Notes: generated by a model from the letters alone, not told the origin. Numbered from the stretch's first letter, positions 1 through 10,253 are shown. The stretch is 64,000 bases of DNA from an uncultured Chloroflexia bacterium (GCA_963698595.1 CAVORL010000006.1:307569-371568), one strand, 5' to 3'. Numbers and translations are program-made.

Positions 1-7
1 GGCGATC

Positions 8-520
8 GTGGTCCCGGCCGGCGTGGTCGTGGCGCTCCAGGACCCGCTTGCCCGCCTCGTCCTTGGCGTGGCCGGCGCCGCGACGCCGCTGGCCGGCCTC
101 ACGCCCGGAATCCTCGCCGCGTTCGTCGTCTTCTTCCTCCTGGGTTTCGTCCTCACCGCGCTCGTCTACGCGGCCGCGGGCTCGCTGGTCAGCCGCCAGG
201 AAGACGTGCAGCAGGTGGCGCTGCCGATGCTCATGCTGTCGTTCGCCGCCTACTTCGCTGCCTTCTTCGCTTCCAGCGCCCCGGCGGCCGCCTGGGTGGC
301 CCCGCTCTCGTGGATGCCGTTCTTCAGCCCGTACCTGATGATGACGCGCCTCGTCACGGGCTCGGTTGCGCCGTGGGAGATGGCCCTCGCGGTGGGCCTC
401 CTCGCGGGGGCGATCCTCGTGGCGCTCGTCGCCGCGGCGCGGATCTACGCCGCCGGGGTGCTCCTCTACGGGCAGCGCCCGACCGTGGCCGGCGTGGTGC
501 GGGCGGCCCGCGCACGGTGA
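8..520 (+). CDS. ABC-2 type transporter permease, C-terminal part (5' end lies outside the window)
   Basis: Hydrophobic multi-TM composition (LLGFVLTALVYAAAGSLVS, FFSPYLMMTRL) typical of the ABC-2 permease C-terminus. The ORF is open to the window edge. Confidence 0.6.
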   Translation: MVPAGVVVALQDPLARLVLGVAGAATPLAGLTPGILAAFVVFFLLGFVLTALVYAAAGSLVSRQEDVQQVALPMLMLSFAAYFAAFFASSAPAAAWVAPLSWMPFFSPYLMMTRLVTGSVAPWEMALAVGLLAGAILVALVAAARIYAAGVLLYGQRPTVAGVVRAARAR

Positions 521-548
521 CGCGGACGAGTGCGCAACGGGGGTCCGA

Positions 549-1463
549 TCAGTCGCCCACGTGCGGCTGCTTCACGACGAGCACCGAACAGTGGGCGTGC
601 GTCAGCACGGCGTGCGCGACGCTCCCCATGACAAGTCTCGTGATACCGACGTGGCCGCGCGAGCCCATGACGATGAGGTCGCCCGCCTCGTCGGTGGCGG
701 CCCGGCGGAGCTGGTCGGCCGGGTCGCCCTCGCGCAGCTCTCCCGTGGCCGTCCGTCCCGCAGCCTTCAGGTGGGCCTCGGTGGCTGCCACGATCTCGCG
801 ATGGGTCGAGCGGGCCGTGGCCAGCATCTCCGTGTAGACGTCCATCGCCGCCGCGAACAGCGTCGGTGCGATGCCCGAGCGCCACGGTGCTGCCACGTCG
901 ACGACCCCCACGACGAGGATCGGCACCTGTGCGAACACCGACCAGGCCCCGATCACGTCCCGGGCGGCGACCCCGGCCGGAGAGCCATCCTCGGCGAGGA
1001 TGGCCCGGGCCAGGTGGTCGCCCCGCGCAACGAGGACCGGGCAGGTGGCGTGATCGACGACCGCGGCTGAGACCGAGCCGAGGACGACCGTCTCCACCGG
1101 CCCGTGGCCGCGACTGCCGAGGACGATGAGGTCCGGCTCCCAGAGCTTCGCCTCCTCCACGATCGCCTTCGACGGGCGTCCCCGCAGCAGCTCGGCCTGG
1201 ACGGCGAGCCCCGCCGCCTCGAGCGGGGGACGGGCCTCCTCGAGGACGCGGGTCAGCTCGACGACAGCCTCCTCCTCCATGAGGTCGGCGTCGGCGGGGA
1301 TGGCCGGGATCCAGGGGCCGCCCCACAGGGCCGGCGCGATGTCGAGCGCCGCGACAAGCCGAACGGTGGCCCCCGCCGGCCACGCCAGCGACGCCACGAG
1401 GGCGCGTGCCCGGTCGGCGGACGCCGAGCCGTCCAGGGCGAGCAGGATGCGCATGACGGGCAC
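549..1463 (-). CDS. universal stress protein, tandem UspA domains
   Basis: Two Usp repeats, each ending in a G-x2-G-x9-G-S-type ATP motif (LGSRGHGPVETVVLGSVS and VMGSRGHVGITRLVMGSVAH). About 300 aa, typical of tandem Usp. Confidence 0.85.
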   Translation of the reverse strand: MPVMRILLALDGSASADRARALVASLAWPAGATVRLVAALDIAPALWGGPWIPAIPADADLMEEEAVVELTRVLEEARPPLEAAGLAVQAELLRGRPSKAIVEEAKLWEPDLIVLGSRGHGPVETVVLGSVSAAVVDHATCPVLVARGDHLARAILAEDGSPAGVAARDVIGAWSVFAQVPILVVGVVDVAAPWRSGIAPTLFAAAMDVYTEMLATARSTHREIVAATEAHLKAAGRTATGELREGDPADQLRRAATDEAGDLIVMGSRGHVGITRLVMGSVAHAVLTHAHCSVLVVKQPHVGD

Positions 1464-1584
1464 CTCCGGGCGGGGTCCGGAACCGCGAGACGGCCGGTTC
1501 GTGTCCCATCATGACGCGCTGGCGCTTCCTCCACCACGGCGGAACGGCCCATGTCGCAGGGCGGAGGGTCGTACACTCCCGGCC

Positions 1585-3723
1585 ATGCGTCGATCTCCTG
1601 ATCCCGAGGACCTCTATCGGCTGCGGATCCCGTCCGATCCACAGCTCTCCCCCGACGGCTCGCTCGTGGCGATGACCGTGCAATCCGTCGCACCCGGGCG
1701 CGACGGGTATCGCCACGCGATCTGGCTCGTCCCCGCCGAGGGCGGGTCCCGACCCCGCCGGGCGACGCTGGGGGCGCGCCATGACACGCGCCCGCGCTTC
1801 TCGCCCGACGGCCGGACGCTGGCGTTCCTGTCCGACCGGCGCACGCTCGTCGAAGAGGAGCCCACGGCGCCGACGGACCGCGAGGACGGCACCCAGGTGC
1901 ACGTCCTGCCGCTCGACGGCGGCGAGGCGCGCCGGCTGACCGACCTGCCCCGGGGCGTGGACGCCTTCGAGTGGTCGCCGGACGGGCGGACCCTGGTGGT
2001 CCGGACGACGTCGTGTGGCGCCACCCGCGAGGAGGATCGCAAGGCCCGTCGCAAGCCGAATCCCCCGAAGCCGGGCGAGGTCCCGAGCTCGGACTACCGC
2101 TACTTCGACCGGCTCCAGAACATGCTCAACGGCCCCGGTTTCATCGACAACAAGGTCGGCCACCTGTGGCTGGTCGACGTCGAGACCGGGGCGGCCCGGC
2201 GCCTCACCGACGGCCCCACGACGGACGAGGACCCGGCGTGGTCGCCCGACGGCACTCGCATTGCCTTCGCGGCCTCGCGCGGGCGCGACCACGACCTGGA
2301 CTGGCAGTTCGACGTCTTCGTCGTCGAGGTGGCCAGCGCCCGGCTCACCAGGGTCACCGACGGCGCCGGCTGTGTCTTCGGTACGCCCGCCTGGCTCCCG
2401 GACGGGGCGACGCTGGCTGTCGTCGGCCATCGCCTGCCGCGCGGAGGTGGCAGCCGCAGCGACATCTGGCTCTTCGCGGCCGACGGCTCCGAGGGCCGCC
2501 CGGGCGGCGGTCGCAACCTGTCGGGCCATGCCGATCTCATGATCGGGGCGGGGCTGGGCAGCGACGTGACCCAGGGGGAGCCCTCTCGCCTCCGCGTGAC
2601 GCCGGGCGGACGCCACCTGCTCTTCAGCGCCCCGGTGCGGGGCTCCTACGAGCTGTGGCGGATCGGACTCGAAGGCGGTGACGTGGAGCGGCTCACCGAC
2701 GACCGCCACTACGTCTCCGGCTGGGACGTCGCCGGCGGCGGCGGCGGGACGCGGGTCGCGGCGATTCGATCGTCGGCGACGGCGCTTCCCGACGTCCACC
2801 TGCTGGATCTCGGCGCTGACGGGAGCCTCGCCGCCGGCGCGCGCCTGCGTCCCGTGACCTCGTTCAACGACGAGGTGCTGGCGGACGTCGAGGTCCGCGC
2901 CCCCGAGGAGCGCTGGGAGGAGGTCGACGGCCGCTCGATCCAGGGCTGGCTGCTTCGGTCGGCCGCGGCCGATCTGGGCGAGGCCGCGCCGCTCGTGCTT
3001 CAGATCCACGGCGGGCCGCACACGCTCTACGGCTGGGCCCCGTACTGGGAGTTCCAGGTGCTGGCCGGTGCCGGCATCAGCGTCCTGTTCACCAACCCCC
3101 GAGGCTCCGACGGCTACGGTGAGGACTTCAACAGCGCCAATCTCCCCGACTGGGGCGCCGGCCCGATGCGCGACGTCATGGCCCACGTCGACGCCCTGGT
3201 GGCGGCCGGGGTCGCGGACCCCGCCCGGCTCGGCGTGACCGGTGGCTCGTACGGCGGGTACCTGACCAACTGGATCGTCGGCCACACTCGGCGCTTCGCC
3301 GCCGCGATGACCTGCCGAAGCGTGACCGACCTCTCCAGCCTGATGCTCACCGGCGACCTCGCGGGCGGCATCTTCGGGATCATGGAGTTCGGCGCTCAGC
3401 CGTGGGAGAACCCCGAGCTCTACCGGGAGCTCTCACCGATCACCTATGCCCAACGGATCCGGACTCCGCTCCTCATCCAGCACTCCGAGAACGATCTGCG
3501 CTGTCCGATCGGCCAGGCGGAGGCGCTCTTCGCGATCCTGCGGACGCTGAAGAGGCCGGTCCGCTTCATGCGGGTCCCGGACGAGTCCCATGAGCTGACC
3601 CGCTCGGGAACCCCGTTCCGGCGGGTCGAGAACCTGGTCCAGGTTCGCTCCTGGTTCGACCACTTCCTCGTCAGGAGGAAGCGGCGGCTGCCCCCGCTTC
3701 CCGTGCAGCGCGGGGGCATCTGA
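1585..3723 (+). CDS. S9 family peptidase (prolyl oligopeptidase / acylaminoacyl-peptidase-like)
   Basis: N-terminal beta-propeller repeats (SPDG/WSPDG motifs), C-terminal alpha/beta-hydrolase with the GGSYGG nucleophile elbow and downstream Asp and His. The start is the internal ATG at codon 154 of the 1126..3723 ORF, because the upstream part overlaps usp and is Arg/Ser-rich. Confidence 0.85.
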   Translation: MRRSPDPEDLYRLRIPSDPQLSPDGSLVAMTVQSVAPGRDGYRHAIWLVPAEGGSRPRRATLGARHDTRPRFSPDGRTLAFLSDRRTLVEEEPTAPTDREDGTQVHVLPLDGGEARRLTDLPRGVDAFEWSPDGRTLVVRTTSCGATREEDRKARRKPNPPKPGEVPSSDYRYFDRLQNMLNGPGFIDNKVGHLWLVDVETGAARRLTDGPTTDEDPAWSPDGTRIAFAASRGRDHDLDWQFDVFVVEVASARLTRVTDGAGCVFGTPAWLPDGATLAVVGHRLPRGGGSRSDIWLFAADGSEGRPGGGRNLSGHADLMIGAGLGSDVTQGEPSRLRVTPGGRHLLFSAPVRGSYELWRIGLEGGDVERLTDDRHYVSGWDVAGGGGGTRVAAIRSSATALPDVHLLDLGADGSLAAGARLRPVTSFNDEVLADVEVRAPEERWEEVDGRSIQGWLLRSAAADLGEAAPLVLQIHGGPHTLYGWAPYWEFQVLAGAGISVLFTNPRGSDGYGEDFNSANLPDWGAGPMRDVMAHVDALVAAGVADPARLGVTGGSYGGYLTNWIVGHTRRFAAAMTCRSVTDLSSLMLTGDLAGGIFGIMEFGAQPWENPELYRELSPITYAQRIRTPLLIQHSENDLRCPIGQAEALFAILRTLKRPVRFMRVPDESHELTRSGTPFRRVENLVQVRSWFDHFLVRRKRRLPPLPVQRGGI

Positions 3724-3829
3724 GAGAGGGGGCCGTCCGCCACGCCCTTGCCGACTCGGCGAGCAGGACCGGCCTGCCGGGATCGCTGGGTTCCGGGAGC
3801 GCCTGCCTCCCGGTGCGATAATCCCGGCC

Positions 3830-4312
3830 ATGGTTGCCGGACCCGCCACACCGCGGCTCCCGCGCGGCGCCGTCGAGCGCCGGCTCTTCGTCGATGCACC
3901 GCCGGCGGCCGTCTGGCTTGCCCTCCACGACTCGTCGCGCTCCGCCGCGGTGGACATCCTGCTGCAGCTCGATCCGGCAGGTCCCGACTGGCCGGCCGCA
4001 GGCTCGCGACGCCGCGGGCGCGTGCGCCTGGGACCGCTCCCGCTTGTCGCCGTGATCGAGAGTCTCGAGGCACGCCCTCAGCGCCGGTTCCGGGTCGGCA
4101 TCGCCGGCAGGTCCGTCTCAGGGGAGCGCCGCTGGGAGCTTGCACCGGCCGCGGGGGGCACCCGCGTTGCATGCGCGGTGCATCTCGAGGGACGGTCGCG
4201 GGTCGGCCGAGCCCTGCTCCGCCTGGAGCGCCGGGCGATCGGCCCGCGCCTGGAGGCCGAGCTGATCGCCCTCAAGCGGCATGCCGAGGGTCGCCCCGAA
4301 CCCACGCCCTGA
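3830..4312 (+). CDS. SRPBCC-superfamily protein (polyketide cyclase/dehydrase-like), hypothetical
   Basis: About 160 aa with the RRLFVDAPPAAVWLALHD N-terminus typical of the SRPBCC/START fold. GATAAT lies immediately upstream of the ATG. Confidence 0.5.
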   Translation: MVAGPATPRLPRGAVERRLFVDAPPAAVWLALHDSSRSAAVDILLQLDPAGPDWPAAGSRRRGRVRLGPLPLVAVIESLEARPQRRFRVGIAGRSVSGERRWELAPAAGGTRVACAVHLEGRSRVGRALLRLERRAIGPRLEAELIALKRHAEGRPEPTP

Positions 4313-4345
4313 CAGCCACGCCGTCCGCGCCCCCTCAGGGCCGGG

Positions 4346-5491
4346 TCACGCGACCTCGCGCCGGATCGTCAGCGCCGCGATCACGGCGAAGAAGAAGACC
4401 AGTCCAGTCAGGATGGCGAGGTCGAGCTGCAGCGCCGACGAGGTGAGGTCGGCCCCGGCGACGAGGACCTGCCGGAGGCCGTCGACGGCATACGTCAGGG
4501 GCATGAAGCCGACGAACGGCTGGAGAATCTCGGGGAGGCCGCTGGTCGGGAAGAGGATCCCGGACAGGAGGAACTGCGGGACGATGACCACCGGGATGAA
4601 CTGGACGACCTGGAGCTCAGTCCGGGCAAAGGTCGAGAGGAAGATGCCCAGGCTGACCGCGCCGAGCGCGGCGAGGACGACGACGAGGAACGCGAGCAGC
4701 GGGCTGCCGGCGATCGGCAGGCCGAGCCCGATGGCGAACGCAGGCAGGGGTCCCAGGGACGGGATGTCGACCGAAGCGAGCCCCCACGCCAGCAGGAGCG
4801 CGACTTGGAGCGTCGCGAACAGCCCGAAGCCGAGCGTGTAGCCGCCCACGACCTCGCTTCGCGCGACCGGGGTCGCCATAAGCCGCTCAAGCGTCCCACC
4901 GGTGCGCTCCCGGAGGAAGCTGACGCCCGTGAGGATGTAGACGAAGAAGTACGCCAGGAACCCCAGGATCGCCGGCGCGAACGGGGCCATCGGGTCCTCG
5001 CTCGGCACCCCGTACAACGTGGTGTGCTCGATCGTGGGCAGCGCCGCTCCCGTCACCGCGACCGTCGCGGAGAGCATCGCCCGCTGGACCGCGGCGATCT
5101 GCGTCGCCTCGCCGAACGGATCGAGGCCGTTGGTGAGGATCGTGATGGTCACTGTGCCGCCCCGCCCGAGCTCCGCGGGGAGGAGGATGGCAACGGTGGC
5201 CGCCCCATCGTCGATCGCCTGTGCCGCAACGGCAGCGTCGGCGACGACCGTCGCGGTGCCCCCGCTCGCCTGCAGCGCTCCGCCCAGGGCGTTCGCGACG
5301 ATCAGGCCGGGCGGGCCGGCCCCGTTGACCACGACGGCGTCGACGGCGGGGCTCTGGCCCTCGCGGACGATGAAGGTGATGAGCCCGGTCATGACGATGG
5401 GGACCACGAGGAGGAGGGCCACCGACCGGTGATCTCGCCGGATCTCCTGGACGACGCGCCGGAAGATCGCGAGGAGGCGTCGGCCGCTCAT
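4346..5491 (-). CDS. ABC-2 family exporter permease
   Basis: Only the C-terminal 381 aa of the 655-aa ORF looks like a protein (6 TM, ABC-2 signature region). The start is an ATG overlapping the TGA of the upstream ATPase (ATGA), and the N-terminal remainder is an Arg-rich artefact. Confidence 0.8.
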   Translation of the reverse strand: MSGRRLLAIFRRVVQEIRRDHRSVALLLVVPIVMTGLITFIVREGQSPAVDAVVVNGAGPPGLIVANALGGALQASGGTATVVADAAVAAQAIDDGAATVAILLPAELGRGGTVTITILTNGLDPFGEATQIAAVQRAMLSATVAVTGAALPTIEHTTLYGVPSEDPMAPFAPAILGFLAYFFVYILTGVSFLRERTGGTLERLMATPVARSEVVGGYTLGFGLFATLQVALLLAWGLASVDIPSLGPLPAFAIGLGLPIAGSPLLAFLVVVLAALGAVSLGIFLSTFARTELQVVQFIPVVIVPQFLLSGILFPTSGLPEILQPFVGFMPLTYAVDGLRQVLVAGADLTSSALQLDLAILTGLVFFFAVIAALTIRREVA

Positions 5492-6252
5492 CGGGTCGCC
5501 TCCACGTCGCGGCCCAGGCGCAGGAACGCCTGCTCCAGGTCGTCCGTGCCCGCTTTGGCCCGGACTGCCACGCCGGTGCCGCGTGCGATCACCTTCCCAG
5601 ACCGGATGAAGAGCAGCTCGTCGCAGCGATCGGCCTCGTCCATGACGTGGCTGGAGACGATGATCGTCGCGCCGGCGCCGGCGAGCTCCCGGAAGTGGGC
5701 CCAGAACTCGGCCCGGAGGAGCGGGTCGATGCCGACCGTGGGCTCGTCGAGGAAGAGGATCGGCGGGCGGTGGACAAGGGCACAGGCCAGCGAGAGCCGG
5801 CGGCGCTGGCCGCCGGAGAGCGTGCCTGCGACGGTGCCCACCCGGTCGTCGAGATCGACGAGGCCGAGCGCATCCCGGATGGCACTCCCGTCGCGAACGC
5901 CGTACAGGGCAGCGAAGAAGCGGGCATTCTCGCCGACCGTGAGCCCGGGGTAGATGCCGTCGCTCTGCGTCATGTAGCCGATCCGGGCAAGCAGCGCCCG
6001 CGACGGCATCGCGGTGCCCAGGATCTCGGCGCGTCCGGCAGTCGGCCGTGCCATGCCGGTGAGAAGCCGGATCAGCGTCGTCTTGCCGGACCCGTTGGGG
6101 CCCAGGAGGCCGTAGATGCGGCCGGGGGCCAGGTCGAACGACACGTCGTCGACGGCGCGGATCGTCCCGAACGTCTTGCCGAGGCCGACGGCCCGGATCG
6201 CCGCGGCGCTTTCCGTGTCGGTGGGCACGGGTCGTGCAGCGGCCTGCGCCAT
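5488..6252 (-). CDS. ABC transporter ATP-binding protein
   Basis: Walker A GPNGSGKTT, signature LSGGQRRRL, Walker B ILFLDEPTVGID. Confidence 0.9.
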   Translation of the reverse strand: MAQAAARPVPTDTESAAAIRAVGLGKTFGTIRAVDDVSFDLAPGRIYGLLGPNGSGKTTLIRLLTGMARPTAGRAEILGTAMPSRALLARIGYMTQSDGIYPGLTVGENARFFAALYGVRDGSAIRDALGLVDLDDRVGTVAGTLSGGQRRRLSLACALVHRPPILFLDEPTVGIDPLLRAEFWAHFRELAGAGATIIVSSHVMDEADRCDELLFIRSGKVIARGTGVAVRAKAGTDDLEQAFLRLGRDVEATR

Positions 6253-6359
6253 CGGCTCCTCCTTGTCCAGCTCTCCCGGGATGCCACGCGGTCCGCGTCC
6301 CGGGGCCTTCCACTCGACGCTCGGCGAATCCTACGCCGACACGTGCGAGCCGTGGCGAC

Positions 6360-6377
6360 GGCAGGTATAATTCACAA
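6360..6377 (+). promoter_or_regulatory. Putative -10 element TATAAT 7-8 nt upstream of the regulator start codon (a leaderless-type promoter)
   Basis: ggcaggTATAATtcacaaATG sits in an otherwise GC-rich divergent intergenic region between the ABC-2 operon (minus strand) and the regulator gene (plus strand). Confidence 0.35.
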
Positions 6378-6959
6378 ATGCCTGAAACATCAGCATCAGC
6401 GACACCGGGGTCGATGGACGACCACGAGGCGGCCTTCGTCGAGCAGCTCGGGCAGCATCTCTACTCGCGGGGCATGCAGCGGATGTCGGGGCGTATGTGG
6501 GCGTGGCTGCTCATCTGCGATCCCCCCGAGCAGACGGCTGGTGCCCTCGCCGAGGCGCTCCATGCGAGCCGCGGAGCGATCAGCGGCGCGGCGCGTGACC
6601 TCGCGACCGTCGGCCTCATCCGCCGGGGCAAGCGGCGCGGCGAGCGGCGGGAGCATTTCAGCGCCCCGCCCGGCAGCATCCGTCGGTTGATCATCGCCAG
6701 CGGCACGATGCTCACGCACGGCCGCGAGCTTGCCGATGAGGGGCTGGCGCTCATTGCCGACCGCCCACCGGCAGCCCGAGCGCGACTCCAGGAGTTCCGC
6801 GACGTGTACGCGTACTACGAGCGCGAGTGGCCCCTCGTCGTCGAGCGGTTCATCGACCAGCGGAACGCCCGAGAGGACAGCGCCCGTCCCGCGAATGACG
6901 GGGCAGGGCTCCCGTCCGGAACGGCCGCCGTCGATCGCCCGTCCACTCCGACCATGTAG
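6378..6959 (+). CDS. GbsR/MarR-type winged-helix transcriptional regulator
   Basis: Helix-turn-helix region MWAWLLICDPPEQTAGALAEALHASRGAISGAARDLATVGLIRR resembles GbsR/MarR_2. It is divergent from the ABC-2 exporter operon. The start is the internal ATG at codon 49 of the ORF. Confidence 0.65.
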   Translation: MPETSASATPGSMDDHEAAFVEQLGQHLYSRGMQRMSGRMWAWLLICDPPEQTAGALAEALHASRGAISGAARDLATVGLIRRGKRRGERREHFSAPPGSIRRLIIASGTMLTHGRELADEGLALIADRPPAARARLQEFRDVYAYYEREWPLVVERFIDQRNAREDSARPANDGAGLPSGTAAVDRPSTPTM

Positions 6960-7000
6960 GGGAATCGGCCCGCCGTAGCACCAGGAAGGAAGACGCCAGC

Positions 7001-7912
7001 ATGACCGCCGTCATCGAAGCAGAGCGCCTCACCAAGAGCTACGGGCGTCACCGGGGGATCATCGAGGTGGACCTCGAGGTCCAGGAGGGCGAGGTCTTCG
7101 GCTTCCTGGGCCCCAACGGCGCCGGCAAGACGACGACGATCCGGACCTTCCTCGACCTGATCCGGCCCACCAGCGGTCTCGTCCGCGTCTTCGGGATCGA
7201 GTCCAGCGCCGACCCCGTGGCGATCCACCGTCGCGTCGGCTACATCCCCGGCGAGTTCGCGCTGTACGACCGCCTCACCGGCGGCCAGACGATCGAGTAC
7301 TTCGCCAACCTTCGGGGCGGGGTCGACCGCTCGTACCAGCGGGAGCTGATCGACCGGATCGACCTCGACCCGTCGCGCAGGTTCAAGGAGTACAGCAAGG
7401 GCAACAAGCAGAAGGTCGGGATCGTGATCGCCCTCCAGCACCGCCCGGACCTGCTCGTCCTCGACGAGCCGACCTCCGGCCTGGACCCGCTCGTCCAGCA
7501 GACCTTCTTCGGGCTCGTCCAGGAGGCGAAGGCGGAGGGCCGGACGGTCTTCCTCTCCAGCCACATCCTCTCCGAGGTCGAGAAGACCTGCGGCCGGGTC
7601 TCGATCATCCGCGAGGGCAGGATCGTGAAGACCGGCACGGTCGAGGCGCTGCGTGACCTGGCCCACCACCAGGTGGAGCTGCGCTTCACCGACTCGGTGC
7701 CCGTTGACGCGTTCGCGGGTCTGCCCGGCGTGAGCGACATCGTCGCCGACGACCACGTCCTTCGAATGCGCGTCACCGGCCCGATCACGCCGGTCGTCCG
7801 GGCCGCAGCGCAGTACGACCTGCTCGACTTCGTGAGCCGGGAGCCGAGCCTGGAGGAGACCTTCCTCGCGCAGTACGGCCAGGAGGCCGCCGGGGTGAGC
7901 CATGACCGCTAG
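7001..7912 (+). CDS. ABC transporter ATP-binding protein
   Basis: Walker A GPNGAGKTTT, signature motif, Walker B LLVLDEPTSGLD, H-loop SSH. Confidence 0.9.
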   Translation: MTAVIEAERLTKSYGRHRGIIEVDLEVQEGEVFGFLGPNGAGKTTTIRTFLDLIRPTSGLVRVFGIESSADPVAIHRRVGYIPGEFALYDRLTGGQTIEYFANLRGGVDRSYQRELIDRIDLDPSRRFKEYSKGNKQKVGIVIALQHRPDLLVLDEPTSGLDPLVQQTFFGLVQEAKAEGRTVFLSSHILSEVEKTCGRVSIIREGRIVKTGTVEALRDLAHHQVELRFTDSVPVDAFAGLPGVSDIVADDHVLRMRVTGPITPVVRAAAQYDLLDFVSREPSLEETFLAQYGQEAAGVSHDR

Positions 7913-9578
7913 TGCCGGCACGCCGCCGCTGGCGGCGCCCATTCCCTCGATCCCGCTCCGGCGCCGTCTGTACGGCCTCGGGAGCATCTACGGCAAGGCG
8001 ATCCGCGACTCGCGCCTCGCCTTCATCATCGCCGCGGGCTTCCTGTCGGGGATGGCGCTCGTCATGGGTGCCGCCGTCTCGACCGTCTTCCCGACGCCGG
8101 CCGCGCGCCTCGAGGTGGACGCGCTCATCGGGGCCATGCCGGCGTCGATGGTCAACCTCTTCGGCCGGCCCCTGGAGATCGGCACCCTGGGCGGCTACAT
8201 GACGTTCAAGTACGGCGCCACCTTCGCCCTGGGCATCTCGCTGTGGTCGATCCTGGCCCTCTCGGGCACGCTCGCCGGCGAGGCCCGTCGCGGCAGCCTC
8301 GACCTGGTCGCCGCCGCGCCGTTCGGCAAGCGCCGGATCGCCCTCGAGAAGCTGACTGCCCACCTCACGATGCTCGTGCTGGCGCTGGCGATCTTCGCCG
8401 TCGTCACCACGCTCGGCTCGGTGATCTTCGGGGACGCCGCCCTGGGCGACACGATCCCGCTCGAGTCCTCCGTCGGCTTTGCCCTCTGGACCGGGTTCCT
8501 CGCCCTGTTGTTCGGCGGGGTCGCGTTCGCGCTGGCGCCCCTCCTCGGCCGTGCCGGCTCCGCGGCCGTCGCCGGCGTCGTCATGGCCCTCCTGTGGGTC
8601 GCCAACGGCCTGGAGATCGGTGGCCCGATCATGGCCCTGAGCCCGTTCCGCTGGACCGCGGACCATGTCGCGCTCGTGGGCATGTACGACTGGCCGGCGC
8701 TGGCGCTCGTCGGCATCGTCGGCATCGTCTTCCTGGCGATCGGCGTCGAGCTGTTCGTGCGCCGCGACCTCGGAGTCACGGCCGGGCTCTCGCTGCCCGG
8801 CCTGCCGGCGAGCGTCCTGGGCGTCCGGGGGCCCACCAGCCGGGCGTTCGGCGACCAGCTGCCGCGGGCGACCTCGTGGGGGATCGGCCTCGGCCTCTTC
8901 GGGGCGCTCCTTGCGTCCCTGGTGGGACCGCTGGCGGACCAGATCCGGACGAGCCCGGACCTGATGCAGGTGTTCGGCTCGGTCTTCCCGGGCTTCGATC
9001 TCGCGTCGGCCGGCGGATTCCTCCAGCTCTACGTGGCACTGCTGTACATCGCTGCCGGGTTCGCGGCCGCGACGCTCGTCTCGAAGTGGGCATCGGACGA
9101 GACGGACGGCCGCCTCGAGATGGTCCTGACGACGCCCGCGAGCCGGGCCCGATGGGCGATCTCGGGCGGCGTTGCCGCCCTGGCGGCCATCGTGGTGATG
9201 ACCGTCCTGTTCGCGACCGGCATCGGGCTCGGTGCGGCGTCCAGTGCGGTGGATCCGGGCGAGGCGATGCTCGGCTCTGCGGCGCTCGGCCTGTATGCCT
9301 TGGCGATCGTCGGGATCGGCGTCGCCGTCGGCGGGCTCTGGCGCACGTCCATCGCGGCGGAGATCGCCGCGCTGTTCGTGGTCGCCACGTACCTCGTCGA
9401 CCTCCTGGCGCCGCCGCTCAACCTGCCGGACTGGGTGCACCAGCTGGCCCTGACCTCGCACCTGGGCCAGCCGATGGCCGGCGCCTGGGACCCGGTCGGG
9501 ATCGCCGCATGCCTGGCGATCGCGATCGGCGGCGTGCTGCTCGGCGCCTGGGGCATGGCCCGTCGCGACGTGGGCTAG
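7902..9578 (+). CDS. ABC-2 family exporter permease (large, about 12 TM)
   Basis: 558 aa, strongly hydrophobic, overlaps the ATPase gene by 11 nt. Confidence 0.8.
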   Translation: MTASAGTPPLAAPIPSIPLRRRLYGLGSIYGKAIRDSRLAFIIAAGFLSGMALVMGAAVSTVFPTPAARLEVDALIGAMPASMVNLFGRPLEIGTLGGYMTFKYGATFALGISLWSILALSGTLAGEARRGSLDLVAAAPFGKRRIALEKLTAHLTMLVLALAIFAVVTTLGSVIFGDAALGDTIPLESSVGFALWTGFLALLFGGVAFALAPLLGRAGSAAVAGVVMALLWVANGLEIGGPIMALSPFRWTADHVALVGMYDWPALALVGIVGIVFLAIGVELFVRRDLGVTAGLSLPGLPASVLGVRGPTSRAFGDQLPRATSWGIGLGLFGALLASLVGPLADQIRTSPDLMQVFGSVFPGFDLASAGGFLQLYVALLYIAAGFAAATLVSKWASDETDGRLEMVLTTPASRARWAISGGVAALAAIVVMTVLFATGIGLGAASSAVDPGEAMLGSAALGLYALAIVGIGVAVGGLWRTSIAAEIAALFVVATYLVDLLAPPLNLPDWVHQLALTSHLGQPMAGAWDPVGIAACLAIAIGGVLLGAWGMARRDVG

Positions 9579-10253
9579 GTGGCCGAGCACGCTGCGGAGG
9601 CTGCGCCGGCGGCCGGCCAGCGGGCGTCGCGGGCCGGACCGCATGCGTCGCGCACGGTCACGCGGGGGATCGACGGGGTCCTCCGCTGCGCCTGGGGCGT
9701 GGAGAACGACCCGCTCTATCGGGCCTACCACGACCGGGAGTGGGGCCGTCCGTCGCGCGACGGGCGGCACCTCTTCGAGATGCTGGTCCTCGAGGGTGCC
9801 CAGGCGGGCCTCTCGTGGTCGACGATCCTGCGCAAGCGGGAGGGCTACCGGCGGGCGTTCGCGGGCTTCAACCCCGAGGTCGTGGCGGCCTTCAGCGATG
9901 CCGATGTCGCGCGGCTCCTCGGCGACGCCGGGATCGTGCGCAACCGCATGAAGGTCGCCAGTGCCGTCGCCAACGCCCGCGCCGTCCTCGCCCTGCGCGA
10001 TGCGGGTGGGTCGCTCGTCGAGCTTTTATGGGGCTTCGTGGGGGACCGGTCCTTCGACCGACACCCGGCGAACCTCGGTGAGCTGCCCGCGGAGACCGGG
10101 GAGTCACGGGCGATGGGCCGCGAGCTGAAGCGCCGCGGGTTTCGCTTCGTCGGCCCGACGATCTGCTACGCGCTGATGCAGGCGACCGGCCTCGTGAACG
10201 ACCACATCGCGGGCTGCGCGGCGGGTGACGAGATCCGGGCCGCGAGTTCCTGA
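9579..10253 (+). CDS. tag: DNA-3-methyladenine glycosylase I
   Basis: Core LRCAWG...YHDREWG...LFEMLVLEGAQAGLSWSTIL with C-terminal Cys/His zinc ligands. The true start may lie downstream of the GTG at 9579. Confidence 0.85.
   Translation: MAEHAAEAAPAAGQRASRAGPHASRTVTRGIDGVLRCAWGVENDPLYRAYHDREWGRPSRDGRHLFEMLVLEGAQAGLSWSTILRKREGYRRAFAGFNPEVVAAFSDADVARLLGDAGIVRNRMKVASAVANARAVLALRDAGGSLVELLWGFVGDRSFDRHPANLGELPAETGESRAMGRELKRRGFRFVGPTICYALMQATGLVNDHIAGCAAGDEIRAASS

Noticed and set aside
1126-1584. Upstream extension of the peptidase ORF
   Set aside because: It overlaps usp on the other strand and is Ser/Arg/Ala-rich. The internal ATG at 1585 gives a normal S9 N-terminus.
466-3285. 939-aa minus-strand ORF
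   Set aside because: Extreme Arg/Gly/Pro composition. It is antisense to the S9 peptidase and overlaps usp, so it is a typical high-GC antisense artefact.
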